A stretch of 64,000 bases of DNA, taken from assembly GCA_950097225.1 (NCBI GenBank), contig CATNCE010000003.1, positions 28,493 through 92,492 of the forward strand, given 5' to 3'. The position numbers were made by a program, and so were the translations under genes. The notes beneath the pieces are model-generated. The model did not search any database, was not told the DNA's origin, and saw only the letters and a list, made by a program, of their open reading frames with translations. This document shows positions 9,701 through 19,188 of the stretch, in pieces (positions within the stretch are counted from its first letter, which is position 1; every line of letters starts with the position of its first letter). This DNA is from an uncultured Bacilli bacterium (GTDB lineage: Bacteria; Bacillota_I; Bacilli_A; RF39; UBA660).

Positions 9701-9759
9701 TTAATTACCCTTCTATCTTAATATAGATTCTAACAAATATATTAATAATAATCAATATA

Positions 9760-10842
9760 TTATATTAATTTAACAAGTATTTCATTCATGACGTAGATTT
9801 TACTTGGATTTACAAAAAGATATCCATCTTTATAAATTAGTTCTTTAGTTGCAAGCAATTCTTTGATGGGATAAACGTTTTGAATATTCTCATTGTATTT
9901 CTCGAAGAAGTCATCTAAGTTGATACCCTTCATTTTGCGGAGTCCTAGCATAAGTTCATTATCCATCTGATCTTTATAAGACATTAGAATTGATTCTTGT
10001 TTATAATTACCAGCAATATATTCATGGATATTGCGCGTATTAGTGTAGCGAAATGCATCTTTATATCCAGAGGCCCCTAAACCAAAACCATAGTATTCGC
10101 CGTTATTCCAATAATTAAGATTGTGTTTCGATTCATACCCATCTTTGGCAAAATTACTAACCTCATAATGGCTATAGCCAGCTTTTTTTAATTTAGCAAC
10201 AATGGTTTCATACATTTTACTATCTAAATCTTCACTGATGTATTCAACTTTTTCATTTTTTAGTTTTGTATGATCCTCTAATATTAAAGAATACGTCGAG
10301 ATATGAGTTGGATTTAATTTGAGTAGCTTTTTTATGTCTGTTTTTAAGACAGATAACTTCTCGTTAGGAATAGCATACATCAAGTCTAAGTTAATATTCT
10401 CGATACCACGCCTGCGGACCAACTCTAGTTTCTTAGCTACATCATCAAAATCAGCCTCGCGATCGAGAATTTTTAAGTTGGCTGGATCAAAGGATTCGAT
10501 CCCAATACTTATGCGATTAACGCCTCCAGTAACGATGTTGTCTAATAATTCTTCATCAATGTCTTTGGGATTAATTTCGAATGTGCATTCGCAATCTGGC
10601 GCGCGATTGAATATTGCAAGTATTCTAAATAATTTGATGCGCTCCTTTTTTGTCATACAGGAAGGTGACCCTCCTCCAATATAAATTGTTTTAATACGTT
10701 CCCCTTCATAATTTTCCTCTATTTCCTTTTGAAGACTTTCCAAGTAATCATCAACGAAAGAATCAATATGTAATACTTTAGGAAAATCACAATAAGAACA
10801 TATATGTTTACAAAAAGGAATGTGTATATATACTGATTCCAT
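9760..10842 (-). CDS. hemW: Radical SAM heme chaperone HemW (HemN-like)
   Basis: It carries the radical SAM motif YIHIPFCKHICSYCDF and lies downstream of lepA. I set the start at the ATG at 10840-10842, with AAGGTGG 5 nt upstream. Confidence 0.85.
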   Translation of the reverse strand: MESVYIHIPFCKHICSYCDFPKVLHIDSFVDDYLESLQKEIEENYEGERIKTIYIGGGSPSCMTKKERIKLFRILAIFNRAPDCECTFEINPKDIDEELLDNIVTGGVNRISIGIESFDPANLKILDREADFDDVAKKLELVRRRGIENINLDLMYAIPNEKLSVLKTDIKKLLKLNPTHISTYSLILEDHTKLKNEKVEYISEDLDSKMYETIVAKLKKAGYSHYEVSNFAKDGYESKHNLNYWNNGEYYGFGLGASGYKDAFRYTNTRNIHEYIAGNYKQESILMSYKDQMDNELMLGLRKMKGINLDDFFEKYNENIQNVYPIKELLATKELIYKDGYLFVNPSKIYVMNEILVKLI

Positions 10843-10915
10843 AATTACCACCTTACATCTAAATTATAATATTATTAAAGAAAAAAAACAATCTATATTG
10901 TTTTTTAAAGGAGGA

Positions 10916-12598
10916 TTAGCCAAGTAACACAAGACGAGCACTGTTACCGCTTCCGGAACCACCAGTGTACCTATTGAAGTTAAACTGTCCCGCGTAAGAA
11001 TCATTGGAATTGCGCCCACCGCGGTGGAACCAGGGATAAGAAGACTCTACAAAGCTCGAATAATCCTTATACCAGTTGTTATGATAACTACTTGCATAGT
11101 AAAATGGGCCAATTTCGCCTGTGGCATCTCCTAATATTCTATTACTATAGGTTGTTACTGCACTATTACTAGCATATACATCTATATATTTACTATAAGT
11201 ATTCCTTATTTCATCTAATGTTAATCCACTATTCTTGACATTTCCATCTATATATCCAGCTACGTATTCATAAGCTCCACCAGACATGTCGTAAATCCCG
11301 CTTATATTTCCAGTGGTCGATGCAAGATATCCTGTTTCTGTATTATATGATTGGGGTTCCGTTATACTTCCAGAAGCATCTTTAGTATTAGCTGCATATC
11401 CAGTTAGATAGTTTGAATTATTATTTATTCTTACTTCCTCGTTTATTCCATATTTAGAATGACTTAAATATGCTACTGCTCCCCATTCAGTATTCTTCAT
11501 CATATGCGAATCAAGTTCGCGATTATAATTATACATAGCTTTGAAAAAGTTCCCTACTGAATTATTTCTCCACGAATACACACTTGATTTTACCTGTATT
11601 TTTGTTGGATCACTTGAATTTACTTCCGAGGATGCTATACTTGTTGCTCCTTTATAGCCTGTTTCAAACTTACCTACCCATATACCATTTACATCGAAGT
11701 TTGTAAAAGCTGGATGCGTTAACCATTCTCCATCTTGAGTACCGGCAGATACAGGGGTTTCCTTACCTTCAAACTCAATCTCGATTTCTTGTGCGATGCT
11801 TTCTGATAATTTGTCAGTTACTCCATCTGCTGGATTCGCATGAAATAACTTATATTTATATCTCGGTATCCATACAAAGTATGACTCAATATCACTTTCC
11901 TGAATTGTATATCCTACATTATAACTTTTGCTTGGACTATCAATCAGTATAACTGCATTAGCCCATTTTTGTTCACAATAGTTATACCAAGACTCTCCTT
12001 TGTCAGAGTATGTGACAACACCATTATTGTCTAACTCAATAGGTATTAACTCACCATTTATTACAGGATCAGCTCCATTTAATGCATTGACACATGTATC
12101 AGTTATTACACCAGTTTCTTCTCTTTCTACTGGTGTTGCTATTAATTCACAGGTGAAATTTCCATCTATACTTTCAGTTACAACACTAGTCATTTCTATT
12201 TTGACTTCTCCACTTTTTACTTCATTACTTACTAAAGTGAAGTTTTTAGGCTCAACTGATATACTTACTAATTCTTTAATATTCTCTGATGCATTATCAA
12301 TACTACAAGATATAGTAGCTTCAACATCATACTGAGTATTTTCATTTTTTATCCAGAATGTTAAATTAGCCTCTTCATTTATACTAGTTAACTCCTTAGC
12401 TTCATAACTGATTGTTTTTCCATCTAAACTAATGGATGCCTTTCCATCAGTTTTAGTATTTATGAATATGACGTTATCTAGGAAAGCATTATTAAAACCA
12501 ATATTTAAAGTATTATTTATGATTAAATTTGCTGTTACACTAGCAAAACCAATTACAAGTACGATAACAAAGAAATATATGATACTTTTCTTTCTCAT
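10916..12598 (-). CDS. Surface protein: N-terminal signal/anchor plus about 150-aa beta-rich module, then a C-terminal FGE/SUMF1-like (sulfatase-modifying-factor fold) domain
   Basis: The N-terminus is MRKKSIIYFFVIVLVIGFASVTA. The C-terminal half shows FGE-fold-like blocks: HPAF..GIWVGKFETG, MMKNTEWGAVAYL, GIYDMSGGAYEYVAGY (compare GLYDMSGNVWEWV) and WFHRGG. I set the start at the ATG at 12596-12598, with AGGAA upstream. A paralog lies at 32749-34431. Confidence 0.7.
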   Translation of the reverse strand: MRKKSIIYFFVIVLVIGFASVTANLIINNTLNIGFNNAFLDNVIFINTKTDGKASISLDGKTISYEAKELTSINEEANLTFWIKNENTQYDVEATISCSIDNASENIKELVSISVEPKNFTLVSNEVKSGEVKIEMTSVVTESIDGNFTCELIATPVEREETGVITDTCVNALNGADPVINGELIPIELDNNGVVTYSDKGESWYNYCEQKWANAVILIDSPSKSYNVGYTIQESDIESYFVWIPRYKYKLFHANPADGVTDKLSESIAQEIEIEFEGKETPVSAGTQDGEWLTHPAFTNFDVNGIWVGKFETGYKGATSIASSEVNSSDPTKIQVKSSVYSWRNNSVGNFFKAMYNYNRELDSHMMKNTEWGAVAYLSHSKYGINEEVRINNNSNYLTGYAANTKDASGSITEPQSYNTETGYLASTTGNISGIYDMSGGAYEYVAGYIDGNVKNSGLTLDEIRNTYSKYIDVYASNSAVTTYSNRILGDATGEIGPFYYASSYHNNWYKDYSSFVESSYPWFHRGGRNSNDSYAGQFNFNRYTGGSGSGNSARLVLLG

Positions 12599-12622
12599 AA
12601 ACAACATTCCTATTCTGTTGAT

Positions 12623-12652
12623 ATTGTATCATAAAATCACTTCTGTTTACAA
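12623..12652 (-). promoter_or_regulatory. Sigma-A-type promoter of the FGE-like gene
   Basis: On the minus strand it reads TTGTAA, an 18-nt spacer, then TGaTACAAT (extended -10). The same architecture is conserved at 34455-34484. Confidence 0.5.
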
Positions 12653-12685
12653 CAAATACGCTGTAGTATTTTGTCGAATTAAACA

Positions 12686-12713
12686 AATAAAAATAGTACA
12701 CGATTGTGTACTG
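12686..12713 (-). terminator. Terminator after lepA
   Basis: The hairpin is agtacac-gatt-gtgtact, with an A-run on the plus strand before it (a T-run on the transcript). Confidence 0.55.
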
Positions 12714-12715
12714 AT

Positions 12716-14512
12716 TTATTTTTCTGTTTTTAAAACGCTTAGGAAGGCTTCAGGAGGTATTTCAACAGAACCCACCATTTTCATACGCTTCTTTCCTTCT
12801 TTTTGAGCTTCTAATAATTTGCGTTTACGAGAGATGTCTCCACCATAGCATTTTGCCAAAACATTCTTACGCATCTGAGAGATATTCTCTCGGGCAATTA
12901 CTTTAGATCCAATACTGGCTTGAATAGGAACTTGGAATAGTTGACGAGGAATAATCTCTTTTAGATTTTCAACAATTTTCTTTCCACGAGGATATGCAAA
13001 ATCTTTGTGAACAATTAAAGATAAGGCATCGACAACTTCTCCATTGATCAAGATATCCATCTTAACAAGATCTTGAGCCTTGTATCCACAGAGTTCATAG
13101 TCAAATGAGGCATACCCTTTGGTACTAGACTTCAAGCGATCAAAAAAGTCATATACTATTTCTGATAATGGCAAATCATAATGAATATTTACACGAGTGT
13201 CGTTAATATAATCTAGTGATTTATATATCCCTCTTTTATCTTGGCATAGTTCCATGATTGGGCCAATGTATTCACTTGGAACAAAAATATTAGTAGTAAT
13301 AAATGGTTCACGTATTTCTTTAATGCGCGCGCGATCGGGCATCTTTGTTGGACTGTCTAATAACATCTCTTCCCCGTTAGTTAACTCGATTTCATAGACT
13401 ACCGATGGTGAAGTTGCAATTATGTCGATTCCAAATTCACGAGTTATGCGTTCTTCAATGATTTCCATATGAAGAAGTCCTAAGAAACCACAACGGAAGC
13501 CAAAACCTAAGGCTTCAGAAGTTTCTGGTTCGAAAGATAGTGAGGCGTCATTTAGTTTTAATTTTTCTAAAGCTTCTTTTAACATTTCAAATTTATTTGG
13601 TTCGATTGGAAATAGTCCTGAATAAACCATGGGTTTCATTGGTTGGTATCCTGGTAATTGTTCTTTAGCTTCATGAGCTTTAGTAGTTATAGTGTCTCCA
13701 ACATTAACGGTATCAATTATTTTTATTGAAGCATTAATCCATCCAACTGTTCCAGAAACAAGTTTATCTAATGGCTCAGCTTTTGGCGTATTAACACCTA
13801 GTTCCACTACTTCATATTCAGCATTTGTAGCCATCATTTTAATAACATCTTTTTTAGTTATCTCACCAGAAAATACGCGAATAGAAGCGATAACTCCGCG
13901 ATATGGATCAAAGTATGAATCAAAAATCATGGCTTTTGCTTCGTTTGTATCACTTTTTTTAGGAGATGGAATGCGAGTGATAATGGTATCAAGTAACTCC
14001 TTAACACCAACACCAGTTTTTCCTGAACACAGTAAGATTTCATCTTCTTTGAAACCTAGAACATCAACTAATTCTTTCGTTATTTTAGGCACATCGGCAT
14101 TTGGCAAATCTATTTTATTAATAACAGGAATAATCGTTAAATCATTATTCATAGCTAAATATAGGTTTGCTAATGTTTGCGCCTCGATTCCCTGTGCTGC
14201 ATCGACGATTAAAATTGCGCCTTCACAAGCTGCTAAACTCCTTGATACCTCATAAGAAAAATCAACATGACCGGGAGTATCAATTAAATGAAGAACATAA
14301 TTTTCATTGTTATATTCATAATTTAATTCTACAGCATTTAATTTAATAGTTATACCACGTTCACGCTCAAGATCCATACTATCTAATACTTGATTTTTCA
14401 TATCATGCTTAGAAACAGCTCCAGTTAACTCTAATATGCGATCAGCAAGTGTACTTTTACCATGATCAATGTGAGCTATTATACTAAAATTTCTTATATG
14501 ATCTAAATCCAT
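12716..14512 (-). CDS. lepA: Translation elongation factor 4 (LepA)
   Basis: The N-terminus [29 protein letters not shown] and NKID match, and the C-terminus is LepA-specific ([33 protein letters not shown]). I set the start at the ATG at 14510-14512, with AGGTGA upstream. Confidence 0.95.
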   Translation of the reverse strand: MDLDHIRNFSIIAHIDHGKSTLADRILELTGAVSKHDMKNQVLDSMDLERERGITIKLNAVELNYEYNNENYVLHLIDTPGHVDFSYEVSRSLAACEGAILIVDAAQGIEAQTLANLYLAMNNDLTIIPVINKIDLPNADVPKITKELVDVLGFKEDEILLCSGKTGVGVKELLDTIITRIPSPKKSDTNEAKAMIFDSYFDPYRGVIASIRVFSGEITKKDVIKMMATNAEYEVVELGVNTPKAEPLDKLVSGTVGWINASIKIIDTVNVGDTITTKAHEAKEQLPGYQPMKPMVYSGLFPIEPNKFEMLKEALEKLKLNDASLSFEPETSEALGFGFRCGFLGLLHMEIIEERITREFGIDIIATSPSVVYEIELTNGEEMLLDSPTKMPDRARIKEIREPFITTNIFVPSEYIGPIMELCQDKRGIYKSLDYINDTRVNIHYDLPLSEIVYDFFDRLKSSTKGYASFDYELCGYKAQDLVKMDILINGEVVDALSLIVHKDFAYPRGKKIVENLKEIIPRQLFQVPIQASIGSKVIARENISQMRKNVLAKCYGGDISRKRKLLEAQKEGKKRMKMVGSVEIPPEAFLSVLKTEK

Positions 14513-14603
14513 ATCAATCACCTGTATTTGTATTTTAACATAGATGCGTTATTTTATAAAGTAAGTTAATAAAAAAACAGATATGCAATTATGCATACCA
14601 GTT

Positions 14604-16952
14604 TTAAACTGAAGTTGAGCGAATGGAATCAATGATATTCTTTTTACGAATTTTCTTACCAATAAAAGATGTTGCAATAAAAGTTATTATAATCGTGATA
14701 ATAATAGAAATTCCAATATATATCCAAGGGAACTCGATTAGTTTAACTCTAACGGTTGGATCACTTTGTAAGGATGATGCATACCTTAGAAGAAGAATTA
14801 AAATGGATGATACAGGGATGCTTATAAGAAGGGTTTTGACAAGGATAAAAACACTTTCAAGTTTTAACATGCGAGCTAATCTTTTTTTGCTAAAACCAAT
14901 ACTCCTTAGTATGGACATTTCCGTTTCTCTAATATTTAAGTTAGCGTTGATGGCGCTTAGCATTCCAGTAAGACTAATTATAGTTATAAAGCCTAAAACG
15001 GAATATATAATGACACACATCGTCGTATACTGCACTATTTTCTCATGATTTTCAAGGGCAGTATTGCTATAGCTAATTTCAACATTAGGATAATTTCTGA
15101 TAATTGTTTGCATCTCGTTATCAAATTTTTGGTATTTTTTAGAATTAATGTAGATTACTACACTATCAGTTGAGTTGTTTTTATTTGCTGATAAATATTC
15201 TTCATATATCTGATTATAAACTCTTTCGCTTAAAATAATAGTTGGCATTAGAAATAAGTCTTTGTAGGTTTTATCAGTGATGGTTAAATTATTAAATTCG
15301 TAAAAGCAAGTATCGAGATTACTAAATTCTCGACATATTTTTATGCTTTGGTTATTGATATATTGATTATTCGAAGATGGATTATAAAGAATTGCCTCAT
15401 CAGTAGTAATATTAAGTTCGTGTTTGTATTCTCTAAGAGATTTATCATCTAAACTGATGATGTTAACCATAGTTGAGTCAGTTAAAAAGTTATCTGATGA
15501 TACACTTCTAATGGAGGAATTCATTAACACTAACTCTTGATATGCTTTAATACTTTTTATGCGATTAATTATATCTTCATGATCAGTCATATAAATAGAG
15601 ATATCATAATTGTAATCACGTTCGTATTCATTTGTACTTATTATGTAATTGATGAATGTTGAAGTTATGATAAATAAAATAACACTTATTGATAAAGATA
15701 TGATTGTTGATGTATATTTTTTACCATTTCTTTTAATATTTTTATAAGCTACTTCCCCTTCTGTTCCAAAAACTCGTTTAATAAAAGGATAATGCTCTTT
15801 AGATTTTTTTACTCGCATATTATTTTGCTTAGTCAAAGCAGCAATCGGGCTTACTTTGCTAGCGGCACGAGCAGGCGTGATAGCTGAGATAATGATAGTA
15901 AATAAAACGAATAATAAAGATAAAAGTAAGAATGATGGATAAATATATACCTCTATGGAAGTTTTTATCATGGAATTTATAAAATTAACTCCTAAATATA
16001 TTAAACTGTAGCTAAGTAGGAAGGAGGCCGGAATGCTAATAAGACCTAATATAGTAATTTCTTTTATAACAAGGATGCGAATATGATTGATTGATGCGCC
16101 AATACTTCTTAAGGCTCCAAAACTACTCTTGCGTTCCGATAAGGATATAGAAAATGAGTTATAAATAATAAGAATGCAAAACAAACTCAAAACGTAAAGG
16201 ATGACGGCTAAAATGAGTTCTGAACGAATGCGAGCAAGGTCATCATCAGTAACACCATAGGCCTTAAGAATTGCAGTATTGGGTGATATATGGTTATGAC
16301 TACCAAGCGGATCTTTGTGATTATCAATTCCTAGCATTATGGCGTTTTCCTGAATTAAGTTGTAAGATTCGGAAATATTTTTGTAGGTTACATAGAATGT
16401 TGTATGCTCGTTTGTGGGATTTATGGGGTATCTACCATATGCAACAAAACGATTTTTGATAGTTTTATCATATAAAATGGTTGTGTTATAGATGCCAGTT
16501 ATCGTGAACTCGTCTATTCGTTCCCCAATTTGCAACTGATAATTAGAAGCTGTGTTACTAGATATGATAATCTCTTTATCATGCTTCGGAATATTCCCTG
16601 CTAGCAGATGAAAGTATGGTGTGAGGTCTTCTGGTGTGGTTATAAGCGTTATATGTTCATCACTTTCGTTAGTAAAAATAGAGCTATGGTTTTGAAACAC
16701 TTTTATATCTTTTATATTCGAGTCATTATTCAGATACTCATAGTTATCTTTATAGGCTATGTCATTAAATTGAACATGATAAGTTCCTCTGTAGGCAATA
16801 GATTCTTTAATGTTATTATTTTTGAAAGTTGAAAAGGCAATACCAATGGAAAACAGTAGGATACAAGCTAAACTGATGCTGATTAAAGTAGTAAATGTTT
16901 GCTTTTTATTTTTAATTAAGTTATTAATAACTAATTTATTTGGTATTCTCAT
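14604..16952 (-). CDS. ABC transporter permease, FtsX/MacB-type with two FtsX domains (782 aa)
   Basis: About 10 TM segments fall in two clusters separated by large extracytoplasmic regions. It overlaps the upstream ATPase gene by 4 nt. Confidence 0.8.
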   Translation of the reverse strand: MRIPNKLVINNLIKNKKQTFTTLISISLACILLFSIGIAFSTFKNNNIKESIAYRGTYHVQFNDIAYKDNYEYLNNDSNIKDIKVFQNHSSIFTNESDEHITLITTPEDLTPYFHLLAGNIPKHDKEIIISSNTASNYQLQIGERIDEFTITGIYNTTILYDKTIKNRFVAYGRYPINPTNEHTTFYVTYKNISESYNLIQENAIMLGIDNHKDPLGSHNHISPNTAILKAYGVTDDDLARIRSELILAVILYVLSLFCILIIYNSFSISLSERKSSFGALRSIGASINHIRILVIKEITILGLISIPASFLLSYSLIYLGVNFINSMIKTSIEVYIYPSFLLLSLLFVLFTIIISAITPARAASKVSPIAALTKQNNMRVKKSKEHYPFIKRVFGTEGEVAYKNIKRNGKKYTSTIISLSISVILFIITSTFINYIISTNEYERDYNYDISIYMTDHEDIINRIKSIKAYQELVLMNSSIRSVSSDNFLTDSTMVNIISLDDKSLREYKHELNITTDEAILYNPSSNNQYINNQSIKICREFSNLDTCFYEFNNLTITDKTYKDLFLMPTIILSERVYNQIYEEYLSANKNNSTDSVVIYINSKKYQKFDNEMQTIIRNYPNVEISYSNTALENHEKIVQYTTMCVIIYSVLGFITIISLTGMLSAINANLNIRETEMSILRSIGFSKKRLARMLKLESVFILVKTLLISIPVSSILILLLRYASSLQSDPTVRVKLIEFPWIYIGISIIITIIITFIATSFIGKKIRKKNIIDSIRSTSV

Positions 16953-17629
16953 GCTAATTCCTCATCACTTATGATAACTCCATCTTCTATGTGAATAAGT
17001 CTATTCGCATAGTTAGCTAATGATATATCATGAGTAACCATAATGATAGTTTGGTTGTATTTAAGATTAGCCTCTTTTAGCAGACGCATTATTTCTTGAC
17101 TATTTTTAGAATCTAGATTTCCTGTTGGCTCATCACATAATAAAATAGCGGGATGGTTAATCATAGCTCTAGCTATTGAAACACGTTGCTGTTGTCCTCC
17201 AGATAGCTCGTTTGGCAAATGCTTCTCACGATTTGTGAGTTCTAAAAGCTCAATTAAGCTCTGGAGATAATCATCATCTTTAAACTTACCATCAATTTCA
17301 CTTGGTAATATAATATTTTCACGAACATTTAGGGTTGGTATTAAATTATAAAATTGATAAATTAACCCGATTTCTGTTCTTCTTAGTAAGGATTGTTTAT
17401 TGTCATTTAGGGCATATAAATCTTCCCCATTTATGTAAACTTTGCCACTTGTGGGATTATCAACACCACCAATAATATGTAAAAGTGTCGATTTACCAGA
17501 GCCAGAACTACCGATAATCGCGATAAATTCTCCTTTTTTCACATCTAAATTAATATTATTTAAAGCTTTTACTTCATTTCCGTGAATCCCATAAATCTTA
17601 GATAGATTTTTTACACTTAAAACTTCCAT
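16949..17629 (-). CDS. ABC transporter ATP-binding protein (MacB/LolD-like)
   Basis: Walker A GSSGSGKST, signature LSGGQQQRV, Walker B ILLCDEPTGNLD and an H-loop VTHD are present. The likely start is the ATG at 17627-17629 (MEVLSVKNL), downstream of a TATAAT box. Confidence 0.9.
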   Translation of the reverse strand: MEVLSVKNLSKIYGIHGNEVKALNNINLDVKKGEFIAIIGSSGSGKSTLLHIIGGVDNPTSGKVYINGEDLYALNDNKQSLLRRTEIGLIYQFYNLIPTLNVRENIILPSEIDGKFKDDDYLQSLIELLELTNREKHLPNELSGGQQQRVSIARAMINHPAILLCDEPTGNLDSKNSQEIMRLLKEANLKYNQTIIMVTHDISLANYANRLIHIEDGVIISDEELA

Positions 17630-17725
17630 TATTATCATTCCTATTCTTATACTCATTATAGCATGTAATAAAAAGAGAGGAAATATTTTCAATAGTCAGT
17701 TTTGCTAGTTTCTGACTATTTAATT

Positions 17726-19174
17726 TTATTCCCTCGGAAGTTTATCTGCTGATAATTCTAATTTGTGAGTTTGCCCTGCATAAATAGGATATAGTTTTTC
17801 GTTTAAAAATTGATTTATTGCCTTTGGAATTCCACGATAGCCACTCTTTTCCTGATAAGCAAGTGCCGCTATTTCATCTATGAAGCTGCTTTCCACAGCT
17901 AAATCAATACCATATATTTCTAAATATTCACGTAGTAATTCTAGATAACTATATTCTGATGATGTTATTGCTGTTTTAAGGTCTTCTATGGTCGGTTCTT
18001 TAGTGGCAATTAGGCAATTTAAACGATTGGCTAATTGAGGTATCATACCATATTTAACAAGAGATTCATAATCGATTGACCCTGTTAGTTCTTCGAAGGC
18101 TCCAGATAAAACAAAGGTCATTTTTGATGTATCAATGCTAATGACTTTTTCAGTTAAACCGATACGCACCTTTTTGTTAATAACTGTCCCTTCCATAATT
18201 GTTAGCAAAGTATTTTGGACACTTTCTCTTAAGGCATTATCTTTTGGGTCTCCTTTTTTACATATTTTATCGAATTCATCTAAAAAGATAATGCTGTGTT
18301 CATATAATTCTTTATTCTCATCGTTTTGAAAATACAAATTGACTAAAATGTTTTCGATGTCTTCGCCTTGGTATGCATTTGGTGTATAACGCGTTGCATC
18401 TTCAATGGTATAAGGCACATCAAATTCCTTAGCAACATTTTTAATCATAAAAGATTTCCCTGTACCAGATCCACCAATTATGATGATGCCGCTTTTTAAG
18501 ATTTGGATTTTGTCTGGTGTTAAGCCAGAATATGAAAGTGTAATATTTTTAGTAATATTAGTAAGTAATGATTTTAATTCTTCATCGAGCCCGATTATTT
18601 TGCGACGCAATGAAGCATATTTTTCCTCTACTTTATAATCTTGAAAAGATTTGCGATGGGTATTAGCATCTTGAGTTAATAGACTGTTCGTCTTATTTAG
18701 AAGCTTCGAAGTAAGACTAGCAGGAATAGTAAATGAGTCGCTCTCACTTCCGGCTATTAAACTCGTAAGTTCTTTAGCTGTAGAAGGTGCTATTGCTTGG
18801 GCATATTGTTCGATTATTAATTTATCAAATATTTCTCTTTTGGATAAACGTTCTAATTCTTCATTGTATTTTAGTTGATAATATTCAGCTGCTTGAACTT
18901 GAGCAATACTCTCTTCTAATGATTCGTATGTTTGCTTTTTTGCTTCGGCAAGTTTGATTTCAGCGTCGGTTACCTCCATTGCAACAAAATCTTGATTCTG
19001 GAAGTTTTTTGTCAATTTAGGAATATACTTTCCTTTATATTTTCCAGATAAAATTTCATATTCATCCTGATTTGCTAGATTTGCTATGGCATTTGCTACT
19101 TCTTCACGATGAATAATATCGATAATTTGATCTTTATATTTTATTTTTTTATATGAATAGATATGTATGTACAT
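17726..19174 (-). CDS. ClpX-derived AAA+ ATPase without the zinc-binding domain or IGF loop, with a novel coiled-coil N-terminal region of about 230 aa
   Basis: Walker A is GGSGTGKS. AYQGEDIENIL stands in place of the ClpX GYVGEDVENIL, and Walker B is IIFLDEFDK. DTSKMTFVLSGAF resembles ClpX DTSKILFICGGAF, KYGMIPQLANRLN resembles KFGLIPEFIGRLP, and SGYRGIPKAI resembles TGARGLRSI. SD AGGGGGA precedes the start. Confidence 0.7.
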   Translation of the reverse strand: MYIHIYSYKKIKYKDQIIDIIHREEVANAIANLANQDEYEILSGKYKGKYIPKLTKNFQNQDFVAMEVTDAEIKLAEAKKQTYESLEESIAQVQAAEYYQLKYNEELERLSKREIFDKLIIEQYAQAIAPSTAKELTSLIAGSESDSFTIPASLTSKLLNKTNSLLTQDANTHRKSFQDYKVEEKYASLRRKIIGLDEELKSLLTNITKNITLSYSGLTPDKIQILKSGIIIIGGSGTGKSFMIKNVAKEFDVPYTIEDATRYTPNAYQGEDIENILVNLYFQNDENKELYEHSIIFLDEFDKICKKGDPKDNALRESVQNTLLTIMEGTVINKKVRIGLTEKVISIDTSKMTFVLSGAFEELTGSIDYESLVKYGMIPQLANRLNCLIATKEPTIEDLKTAITSSEYSYLELLREYLEIYGIDLAVESSFIDEIAALAYQEKSGYRGIPKAINQFLNEKLYPIYAGQTHKLELSADKLPRE

Positions 19175-19188
19175 AGTATCCCCCTAGA

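Noticed and set aside
8184-9704. Three Ser-rich plus-strand ORFs (8184-8600, 8682-8939, 9444-9704).
   Set aside because: They are antisense to the cadherin-like surface-protein gene. They have no SD and no recognisable domains, and the minus-strand product is far more protein-like.
13692-14255. 187-aa plus-strand ORF.
   Set aside because: It lies wholly inside lepA on the opposite strand and has a low-complexity S/T/I-rich translation. It is a typical shadow ORF of an AT-rich gene.
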